64,000 nt of DNA from Psilocybe cubensis (lineage: Eukaryota): the NCBI GenBank assembly GCA_017499595.2, contig CM038999.1, positions 930,001 through 994,000 on the forward strand, written 5' to 3'. Shown here piece by piece: positions 1-10,666 of this stretch. Numbering within the stretch: position 1 is the stretch's first letter; the number at the start of each line of letters is the position of its first letter. A program made the position numbers and the translations under genes. The notes below the pieces were generated by a model. It worked only from the letters and a program-made list of their open reading frames with translations, was not told the DNA's origin and did not search any database.

Positions 1-901
1 TTGAGTCCGAGTTCTCCAACTCAAATTGAGATACAGAATCGCTCAAGTAAGTAAGTTCGTCTTTTTGTTTTTTTGAGTTGCTTGGAATGGGGATCGGAAT
101 CGTCTTTGAAGGTGAGGTTTTCATTCAGATCGAATGTAATTGTTGTTGTTGTCGCGTACATGCATTTTGAGCTTGCTGTTGAGGTCGACAAGGGTACTAC
201 TGTTTTGACAAACACGATCAGAGAGGATCAGAGTTCAAGTTTGGTTGAAATATTCCCAAATACACTGAAAAGTCTCTCATAGGACGCTGAATTGGCCAAA
301 ACCCAGACAAAGTTGGGATGCAAAGGCAACAAAAATATTTAGGTGGTGGGGCGCCAGTATTGGTTATTAATCTCAAGACATGTAGCGGGTCACCGGTCAA
401 GGTTGGCAGGACTAAAATATGATAATAAACATCTCTCTTGGCCAGTTGATGCCGTGGTTCGATTTTGGAATAGCGCTGATGGCATTGGCACTAAGTCAGC
501 ATTGACAGCCGAATGGATAACGCCATGACCGCTATGAGCAGTCACTAACCGTTTCTGACTTTGATTTTATGACCGTCATCCTTGAGCTGACCGCCCACCA
601 CCAGTGATTCAATTTCAACGACAGTTAGACGCCGAAGCCGGAGAAGACGGCCCGGATACCCGACACCATCGCGTTTCTTCGGCAAGTTCTTGACCATCCG
701 GCGGCCTCATGGCGCTCACTGTGTCGTCCGCAACCACGGGTTCACTAGTACCATTGCCCACAATCCACTACATCGTGTATGTAACCTTGTCTTTGGAATA
801 CCTCTGGGTACAAATCGATCAGCAATCCGTCCTTCCGTCCTTTCCCAAACACCGTCGTAGGGCAGTATCAGTATCCAACTGCGTTTCAACTTTCCGGCGT
901 C

Positions 902-2725
902 ATGTCGACTTTAACGGATTCGGACTTGGAAGACAGATTTCAAAGTTTGGGGATACGAAAACGAACGTGTTCTATCGTGGATTTGCCTGCAGAAATCCTC
1001 ATTTGCATTCTTCTCAATCTTGAATGGAGGGACGTGCTCAGACTTAGGCAGGTGTGTACAAATCATGAACTTGAAGTCACGGTGTTCTGCCCGGTTTCGC
1101 AGTAGCAGTAGCGCTGAAGCTGACATATACTCCCCCCCCCTCCCCCCTGCAACCAGATGAGCAAAGCGCTGAAAAACGCAACACACGACAAAGCCGTCTG
1201 GCTGCACTTATACGAGACATCGTTCCCCGGAATCCCAAAGCAGCTCGACTACCCATACGGGCTCTACACCGTCGCGGAGCTCGAGACCACCGTCGTGCGC
1301 GGGCTCAAAGCCAACGTGTCTTGGAGGAGCGGCGACGGGGACGGGCGGGTAGAGTGGGTCCAGCGGGACATCCCAGGAGAGGAGGAGATGGACCGCTTTT
1401 GGCTTTCAGACAGCGGGCGGTGGCTGGTGGTTTTGACATCCGTGGGGTCTGTGGTCTATCACGACCTGGATAATGCAGGTGTGCCGGGACGGACGCTGAT
1501 ATCTAGACCATCCGCGGCTGGGCAGGGTTCAGCTAGACGCCATATGACGACGCGCATGGCGGCGGACGTGTGTCCGCGCGCTTCAAATTCAAAGCTCGAG
1601 TTCAACCTTGCGCTGTACTTGAGCCAATCGCCAGGTTTTTATCCCTTTTTTTGCAACTGACCGTTTGATCGTGTGATATTGATGCGATTCCCCCTCTAAC
1701 TCTAAAAAGAAGAATCACACTTTGAAGTGTGGAAGGTCCGTCTTCAACTAGAGAATGAAGGGGAGCTGCCAGTCTTGGTGGCTGAGAAATTGGCGTCGCT
1801 CGAGCGGGAATCTGAGGCACTGGTCTGCCATATATCCCTGCTTGGAGATGATCTCGCGTATTCTCAGACTCCATGGACAAACGAGAGTGCAGTCGTCACA
1901 GTCTTCAACTGGAAAACGGCGTCAACGCACTCTGAAGGATACAAATACCATAAGCAGGAAATGTATCCCGCCGAGTCAGGAGCGGTGGGTCTCCCTCACA
2001 TACGTCCTTCATGAATCGTGCCGCTCATTTATTCGTCCATCTCACACTCGCATCATCCATTTTTATTTTTTTTTCAGCTCTACATCCCAGTGCATCTTCT
2101 CCCTGGGTCGCGAATATTCGTTATGACCAGCTACAGCATCCAGCTGTTCCACTACGGCGACGCGCATGGCCAGCCGTGCCTCGAGCTATGGCACCACAGA
2201 CATGACTACGTCAAGGAATTCACCCTGTCAAAGCCCTATATCTGTCCAGAAACAAACAGCATACGGATTATAGTCAGCGAGATGCAGCGCGTTTTGGGGT
2301 GTATCATTCCATACTCGCTGTCCAAACCCTCCACCACTAGCACCGACACCGACACCGACGCGAATGCGTGGCCTTCATCCAGCGCGCTCCGCATGCCGTC
2401 CGGCTTTGTACTGCTATACGACCACGGCCAGACCTTTGAAAGGAAACGATGGCGAGCGGCCTTCGGATACCGGACAGGCATCGTGCATTGCGAGTCAGAG
2501 ATCACTGGCAACTTTCAAAGGGGCGACTCAAAACTATACACATTGAGTTACTCATGGCCGGACGACGAGGATCCTCAGGTGAACCGTTCCGTGGGACGGA
2601 TCAGGCCTGGAAGGTGGCAGGGATGGCAGGAGGGATACAATGAATTAACGGGTCGTGTTGTGATGTTCTCTTCTAACAGTGGGAGTTGTATATCTGTTTT
2701 GGAGCTACATTGGATGCAATCTTAG
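902..2725 (+). CDS. F-box domain protein, multi-exon (exons approx. 902-1050, ~1158-1633, ~1728-1985, ~2078-2725)
   Basis: N-terminal F-box pattern SIVDLPAEILICILLNLEWRDVLRLRQ, then a GTGTGT intron, then (M)SKALKNATHDKAVW. Consecutive + strand ORFs are separated by short GT..AG introns. Confidence 0.75.
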
Positions 2726-3230
2726 TGGCTGTGGCGAAGCGGTTTAAAAGTTTGACGCGGTGCATCGTGGAAAGGCTTACTATGTAATGTAGCGTCAGTA
2801 CAGCCATTTTCCGCCCCGCATTACAGAATTGGTGTCTGGTCATCTAAAACCTCTCTCTTCAAAGATGAATAAATAGTAGAACCGAGGCAATAGTTAGTAG
2901 GGATACCAATCGAAAAATAGGATCTGATGAAGCGTGCGAAACTGAGTTACCAAGAAACAGTGGCCGGCTTTGAGGATCGATGGCGAGACGATGAAGATGC
3001 AGTAGGGGCCCCAAAAGTATACCATTTCTATGAACATTCAAGGAATTGGAAATTAGACGCGTAAACTTGACGCGTTCATTTTATGTGCGTACGTTGCCAT
3101 GTGTTGAGAAATGGAAGCAGTAATATGGCCGTTCGGAGAGCTCGGTGCTAGCAAAGTAACGGTCTGGTGACTTCATGAAGTGCTAGGTTCTTTCTCTCCC
3201 AAACGTTCATATCGGTGGAGATCAGCGGAG

Positions 3231-4346
3231 ATGCCCCCTTCATCATCCATTGACGATTTTAGAGCGATTTTGAGGTCTGCAAAAAAAATCATCATACTCT
3301 CTGGTGCTGGATTATCCGCGCCTTCAGGTCGGTTCGGCTTTAGGGATACTGGCAGGATGTTTGCTGATTTGCATGATTAGGGATTCAAACGTATCGTGGA
3401 TCTGGAGACAAATCATTATGGTCGAACCCAGTCAGTGCAAATTTAAGTAAAGTAGTTTGTGCTGATACCGATGTGTAGTAGAACGCAGTGAAGTACTCCA
3501 AACATACCACGTTCGAAGAGGACCCCAGCGGTTCATGGCAATTTTACCACCATCGACGATTGGAGTGAGCCCTTCTTTTTTAATAATTCATACGCGTCTT
3601 AGATAGTACGGCAGATGCCTCAAGGCGAACCCTAACAAAGGCCATCTGGCACTCGCTGCCCTGAACATCCCATCTGTGGCGTCCCGCGTAATACCCTCAG
3701 CAACTTCGGTCCCACTGCACGTCACGCAAAACCTCGATGAGTTGGCTGTCCGTGCACTCAGAGTACTTCCCGAGTCCAGTAATGAGGGACAGAATAGACT
3801 CATACAAATTCACGGGTCGCTCTTTCGGACACGATGTCGGTCGTGCAAGCATGAGGAACAAAATTACAAGCCTTACTTAAGGTCATCCATGAAAAAGCTG
3901 GTTCGTGATGAGATAGCCGACATTGCGATTGGGGATTTGCCGCGCTGTGGTGGGGACGAGTGGGTCGGATCGAATAGGTATGGTCGATGTGGAGGTCTAC
4001 TCAGGCCCGACGTTGTTTGGTTCGGCGAAGTGCCGCCTAGGATGGGCGAGATCGGGAGAGAAATGACAGCCTGCGACCTTCTCATTGTCGTCGGGACTAG
4101 TTCTATTGTAAGCGCCAATATAGGAGATGTGTGTGTGTGAACGAGTCTCACCCGTATATAAATGGACAGGTTCAGCCCGCAGCAGGCTTCGCATCCCAGG
4201 TCCAAGGTCATAGTGGCAAAGTCGCCGTGTTCAACCTTGATAGGTCAAACAACGACGACAAGGCAGATTTCTTGTTTTTAGGGAGCTGTGATACAACCTT
4301 ACCCGAGGTCCTTGATGTTGGAGGTGACATTGCTGGTTTTGTGTGA
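3231..4346 (+). CDS. NAD-dependent protein deacylase, class III sirtuin (SIRT5/CobB-like), multi-exon
   Basis: Motifs [64 protein letters not shown] and VAVFN. Confidence 0.9.
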
Positions 4347-4746
4347 CGTTTATAGGTCAATGTAGAAAAATGACAGAGCGTGAAAAGCCAGTAGCGGCCA
4401 GCGCTTATTGGTTTGACAGGGGGAGAAGCAGGGACGGTAGATGATGAGATCAAATTAAAATGAATGCGCTGCGGGGGGATAAGGAAAGTTTTAGATGCGA
4501 TATGTTTCATAGAAAAAGAGTAGGCGTTGGGAAAGAGAGAAGCCGAAAAGGGTCAAGCAGGGTAATGATTTGTCAGCAGGTGTTTCGCACGGCTGAGCAT
4601 CGTCGGCAGCAACAACAAAGAGCCCTTGACCAGTGACCACAACAGTCTCCACGCCATCACCACGACGAAGACGACCGGAACTTGACTATCGGTGGCTCCT
4701 TCCTTCCTTTCTCTAGCTAGGTTTTGAACATCGGCTCGCCAATGCG

Positions 4747-7235
4747 ATGTACTATCCTCAGCAATCCCCAGGCATCCAGCACAAGTTGTCCAACCACCAC
4801 GACACCAATCCTTGGCGGTTGCCAATGCTCGTGCAGCAGCCAGGGCAGCAGTCGTCGGTAGGACCACCCCCACCCTCCCCAGGATATGCTCTCTACAACA
4901 ATGGCGCAATTCAGCATCACCCAGGCCATCATCCTCTCCAGCACCCTCCCCTCCAACACCACCATCAAAGTTCTATGTCCCACTATCCATCACCACCAAA
5001 CCAGCATACACACCAACAGCAACATCTAATTGCGGCCCAGGGATCGCCAGCTAGCACTACACCCGTCGCAACCCCTCAATGGCAGCAACAGCTTATGAAG
5101 TGCGAGGTACGTCGTTTGCATTCTTATTGACTTGTGTCCTGTTTATCTCTCGTTTCCTAGATGGTACGTGCATCCCGCTCACCACACCATAGAGCACGCG
5201 CAAGTGCTATGGCCTCACGAACTGTTGCCAAATCTGCTATCCCTATCACGAACCCAAACCTCATCAAACCTCCACCCACCCCAGAACAGTCCAACGGCGG
5301 TATGGGCGACGGTTCACCAGATGGTTCACCAGTAAATGGCAATGGAGTAGTCAATTCCCAGCGACCTTCAACTCCTGGGCTCACGACGGAGATTTCCCGG
5401 CCTACAGCGATCAAGCCACCTGAGAATACGTGGACATCACTAGACATGGGAGGGGTCAACATCAAGAATCTTCCTCCAACGTCTGGCCTGTTCTCATTCA
5501 CATTCCTTATCAACCTCTACCTCAATCACAACGCCTTATCATCCGTACCCCTTGAGATTTCAAGGCTTCGTCATTTGGAGCTCCTTGATCTATCAGGAAA
5601 CAACCTCAGTACCCTACCCCCGGAGCTCGGCATGCTCTCACAGCTGAAAGAATTTTATCTGTTCGACAACCAGCTCACCACAATCCCACCCCAATTCGGT
5701 AGTCTTCACCAACTGCAGACATTAGGAATCGAAGGCAATCCACTCGATCCATTGCTCAAGACCATGGTACAAAAAGATGGAACTCGAGCTTTAATCACTT
5801 ACCTTCGAGATAACTGTCCTGTCGAAACCGATCCCCCTGAACGAGTTTGGAAACATCTCATTCCTCCACAGGACCAGGATGTCTTGGCGAAAGACCCGAA
5901 TGTGGAGAGCGTCAGCATCATGTGCTACAACATTCTTTGCGAGCGGTGTGCGACGGAGAAGGTTTATGGGTACACGCCATCATGGGCCCTCGCCTGGTCT
6001 TATCGCAAGGGCCGAATCTTGGATGAAATCCTCAAGCACGACGTTGATATCATCTGCCTGCAAGAGATGGACATTGCGCAGTACGAGGACTATTTTACTG
6101 CCAATCTCAGTCAACACGGGTACGAAGGTGTATTCTGGCCGAAGTCGAGGTACAAGACCATGAAGGAGTCGGATCGCAGGCTCGTCGATGGTTGTGCGAC
6201 GTTCTACAAGTCGGACAAGTGCGTGGCTAATTTTTCCGTTTTAATGACGTAATGAATAATTTGGTTCCTAGGTATAAGCTAGTAGAAAAGCATCTCCTCG
6301 AATTCAGCGCGTTGGCCATGCAACGTCAGGACTTTAAGAAGACCGACGACATGTTCAATCGTGTTCTGGGCAAAGACCACCTCGCCGTCATCTGTCTTCT
6401 AGAGAACAAGCACACCGGATCAAGGCTCATCGTGGCGAATACCCATATCCATTGGGATGCGGCGTATAGAGACGTCAAGTTGGTACAAGTCGCTTTGTTG
6501 GTCGAAGAAGTAGAGAAGATTGCCCATCACTTTGCGAAATACCCTCCACCACCGCCTGGATTCAACGGTATTATGCCACCCTCTTCGGAAGCATCGGCGT
6601 CATCTGGCGTGAATGGGATTGACGATTCCTCGGACGCAGCGAGTACATCGGCTAGTGCGGCTGACGAGTCATCAACACGGCCGTCGCCAACACCGGCACC
6701 TGTATACCGACCTCCACCCATCTACACTGACGGCAGCAAGATTCCGACCATTGTGTGTGGCGATTTCAACTCGTTGCTTACATCCGGTGTCTACGAATTC
6801 CTGAATACTGGCTCTGTGCCCCCAACGCATGAAGACTTCATGTCGCACACGTACGGTCGATACACAAGCGAAGGCATTCGACACCGATTAGGGTTGAAGA
6901 GTGCTTATTCTGCGCCTGGAGCACCTGCTGAGGCCTTGATTACGAACCACACACCCACATTCAAGGAGCATATTGATTATGTGTGGTACTCTGCGGCCAA
7001 CATGGGCGTAAACAAGGTCTTAGGCGAGATTGATCCTGCGTATCTGGACAAGGTGGTGGGATTCCCGAACCCGCATTTCCCATCAGAGTGAGTGTTCTTG
7101 CCTATGGTAATTATCCAAACATTTATTGATTGACATATCCTTGTTAGCCATGTTGCGATCGCTGCTGAATTCCGGATCAAGCCTCCACGAGAAACTGCGC
7201 CGTCTCGACAGCCTTCTACGCCAACGTCGTCGTAG
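4747..7235 (+). CDS. CCR4: CCR4 poly(A) deadenylase (LRR + EEP nuclease) of the CCR4-NOT complex; 4 exons
   Basis: Q/H/P-rich N-terminus and PHHRARASA; LRRs (LYLNHNALSSVP, LDLSGNNLSTLP); EEP motifs CYNILC, YGYTPSWAL, ICLQE, NTHIHWD, CGDFNS, IDYVWY and GFPNPHFPS|(D)H. Stop TAG at 7233-7235. Confidence 0.96.
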
Positions 7236-7359
7236 ATTGAGACCTTATCGATTGAGGATGGGTTTATGTGCAAGGATGGAGGGTGCGATTAAGGCACGCA
7301 CGTAATACACCATATTCTGTTCCGTCTCCACACTCGTTGTATAACATACAGTCTTGAGG

Positions 7360-8280
7360 GTTTTTTTATGATATTTGGTTTTCATTTCTGTTTTCTCAAC
7401 CTTTCCTTTCTCTCTTCTATCCTGTCGTTCTCATCGCCACCCTTTTTTCTTTTCTCCGCCCTTCATTTCTGTGTTCGCCGAATATGGACGATCTGTCGTA
7501 CAGAGAGTGTGTGTGGATGGTTTCGTGTATACGTTTTACGTTCGCTCCTTGTCGTGCCCCTTCGTTGGTATAATTCTTGCGTCTTCATCGTGTACTTTGG
7601 CCTATATATCTCTTCTCTTCTTTTTTGGCTTTTCTTTTTTTTTCTTTTACGCTCCTCATTTCTTTGTCCCTTCAGTCGTTGTATTGCTCGTTTTCTTTAT
7701 TGTTGCGTTTTACCCTTTTACCCTCTTAACATTTCTCCTTTTTTCTTTCCTTCATTTCTTCTTCATTTTTCTCTCTCGTTTTATTAAGTTGTTTGTCAAT
7801 TCTACTCACTTTGATATCTCTACATCGTCCAGCGATTTATGTGGTAAAGCCTTTGATCGGAGTTGTACACAACGACCTATTCTTCTTCGACTTCCCCCTG
7901 TTCTCTGCAGTTTCAACCCTTTTACTTTCATTCAAGTTTTCAGATTCTTTTGTTGTCCAAATGCTGTCCATTCGCCCCGTTTTCTTTTTTTTTCTTTATT
8001 TTCACGTTTCATTCCTGTTCAAATTCCTGTTCAAAACCCTCCCCTCAACTTATTTCTCTGTCATATCTCATCTTCCTCCCCGATCCCATACGTTGGTTTT
8101 GGTTTTAGTGTTTCCTCCCATTACTTCATGCACCCTATTAGTAAGTATTTAGTCAACGCATCCATTCATTCACTCCTCAAAATCTCACTCCCCATCGATC
8201 GACACCTTGTAACATTTGTTGTAGCGTTCTTTGTGTGCAAAGATAAAAAGGTTTTACTTTTCTCATGTTTAGTTCATGAT
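7360..8280 (+). other. Very T/pyrimidine-rich low-complexity tract, probably the long 3' UTR of CCR4
   Basis: Many T runs directly after the CCR4 stop. The overlapping Phe-rich ORFs are explained by base composition. Confidence 0.55.
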
Positions 8281-8604
8281 TTCTCGGGTGGATTGAGATT
8301 GCTGGCCTGAATGTATGTGGTTGAGCGGCTTGAGCCCAAGGGTGCACAAGGGTGTGCACTGTGCACCCGAGAATCAGGTGATGAGGAAACCCCTAACCCC
8401 AGCCAAAAAAAAAAATAGACCCTGGAAAGCTTCCTAGGGTTCTCGCGAATTTGAGGCCCAAATTTTGGCATTTAATCGACCTCATTCCACTTCGTTAATG
8501 GGGAATGATCTGTTAATTACCCACTTTCTATACAAATACAGATCGACAAACCACATCGACTAATTTTCTTTTTGCTAACCCGTAAACACCCATCTCTTTT
8601 CTAA

Positions 8605-9920
8605 TTACAACAAGAAGGGTTGGAAGGTCGAGCCGATGCTTCCAAACTTGATGTTGGAGAAGGTGACATTGACGCTGGGTCCACCGGAGGTGTCGAGTCC
8701 ACCAGGGCAGCTTCCAGCTCCGGGACCGTCGAGCCAGGTCATTCCGCCTGATGGGTCATCCCAGAGACTGAAGACCAGAACCATGCCGGTATCGAAGGCC
8801 TTGCTCAATGGCTTCATGCCACCTGTCTCGTCGAACAGGTTAGAAGCACCCATGATTTTCCTCTGTGCGTCGCAGTATTGCGTTGAGACCGAGTTGAAGG
8901 GTGGCATGCCGGTCACATTAGTGGGTGGGGTCTGAATGACACGTCCATTCTGCACGTATAGACGACGGATCTCGGAGAGAGGTCCTGAGGGGCGGCCATT
9001 CTGAGTCAGGAATTGGGTGACGACGGTGAACTTCTTCCTGGTGTCGACAGCGAGACCGGGGCCGTAGAAGTTGGGGTGTCCTTGGTGGAAGGCGTTGAAG
9101 GCACAGCCATTGCCGTCGCATTGGCCTTGGCATCCTGCGCCGGAGCAGGTGTATGGTCCGTTAGACATACAACCGTGAGTGGTGAATGCGTTGGAGATCC
9201 TGTTGGCCTCCCAGATATCCATCTCATTGCAGCAGATACCATTGTTGGCCATGTTAGCCTATTACAATACATGTGTTAGTTTCAACCATTGATGGGATGT
9301 ACAAAGATAGCACTGACAGTTCCATTAAAGAAGTTGTCTCCAGATGGACATTGGGCGTCACAGTATCCAGTACCGAACTTAGCGCCGGCCTTGTTTGAAG
9401 GTGCGTTTCCACCGTGTGCTTCCATCTCACTGAAGTATAATGCGGCGTTCATACCGCAAGCGACCTGGCTAAGATCAACGTCGAATGCAAACTCCTGTTG
9501 GTTGAGCTTGAACATTTGGTATGTTTTCTGATCGGGAGCGAGAAGGTAGATACGAGGGCCAGAATTGGTGACGGTGTTCAAGGTAAGTGTCACTGCATTA
9601 CCGCTGGTGAAGACACCGGAGGAAGAGTAGTCGACACCTTCCACGGCACAGTTTTCGGCGCAGGTGAGGGGGTCAGGGCAGATCGTTGGATCCCAGTCGT
9701 TACCGTTGCGGCAGTTGGTGTATCCGCCAACATTGTGAGTCCACCTCCAGTTTGCATCGAGGGTGAGCGAGCCGTTAACCTTGCGGCATAAACCGGGGAG
9801 TGTACACTCTTCCCAGAGAAGGGGTGGGTTGACCTCCGCTGTGTTGGTGCCGATCTGTTGGGCGGTTACAGCCACGAGCACCGAAGAAAGGGCTACGAGA
9901 GAGCGTAGAGCTGTAAACAT
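8605..9920 (-). CDS. Secreted glycoside hydrolase family 7 (cellulase), no CBM1; 2 exons
   Basis: Signal peptide MFTALRSLVALSSVLVAVTA followed by QQIGT; motifs LDANWRWTH, GMNAALYFSEM, GTGYCDAQCP, catalytic EMDIWE, SLWDD and FSNIKFGSIGST. One intron at ~9259-9318. Confidence 0.95.
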
Positions 9921-10666
9921 TTTGGTTTTGAGCGCAAGCTTGGAGGAACGACTCCACCACCAACACACCTTTTATATTGCGACGAAATATTCACGTATCT
10001 CAGCAGACGGATAATGTCCGCCAGTTCCAGGTCATAATTTTGTGTTTATGATGTTGACTGCCTCTATTTTTATCAGCGTTATGAAATTCATCCGGGGAGG
10101 AGGTGGTTAATGCTCACCTGGTTGTTTGTTAGAAGTTAAATTTCAGGCTGCTCGAGATTGCCAACGCAGGTCGACGCGCATAAGGGACGATTTGCTATAA
10201 ATAACCTAGAGATTTTCCGAGGAAAATCACCTAGAGGTATTCACACTTTATGCTACTTTACCGAGTTTTGTTTTTTCACAGGACCTGTAAAGTCTAACAT
10301 GAATCACCGAACATGCTGCGACGACGTCCCCGACAGCATTTTGAGCCTGCGCGGTTGCTTCCCGAGAACGCTCCGAGTTACGACCGGATACAATGGATGT
10401 TTGGTCTTCGACGTGGACACCACCATGTTCAGGTCAGGTTTTAGGGCGGAAATCGATGCGCTCTTGAGGTTTGCGGCTGAGAAATGGGGCAGAAGGATTG
10501 CTGAGCCATTTTGCCATCGTCGTGGTTCGAAGCCAAGATTTTTAAGTACCACGTGCTTGAGTAACAAGTTACAACATCGCGTCAACAAGCGAACAAACGC
10601 GTGCAAACTCAAAACAAACCATTATCCTACTCTTCAGCAACTCCCGTTACCCTTCCTCCATCCATA

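Noticed and set aside
7368..8310. Long Phe/Leu-rich ORFs (139, 311, 119 aa)
   Set aside because: T-rich low-complexity sequence lacks stop codons in several frames at once; no motif is present.
10158..10612. 169-aa and 102-aa ORFs between GH7 and the GCP-family gene
   Set aside because: Non-ATG starts and no recognisable motif or splice support; probably promoter/5' UTR.
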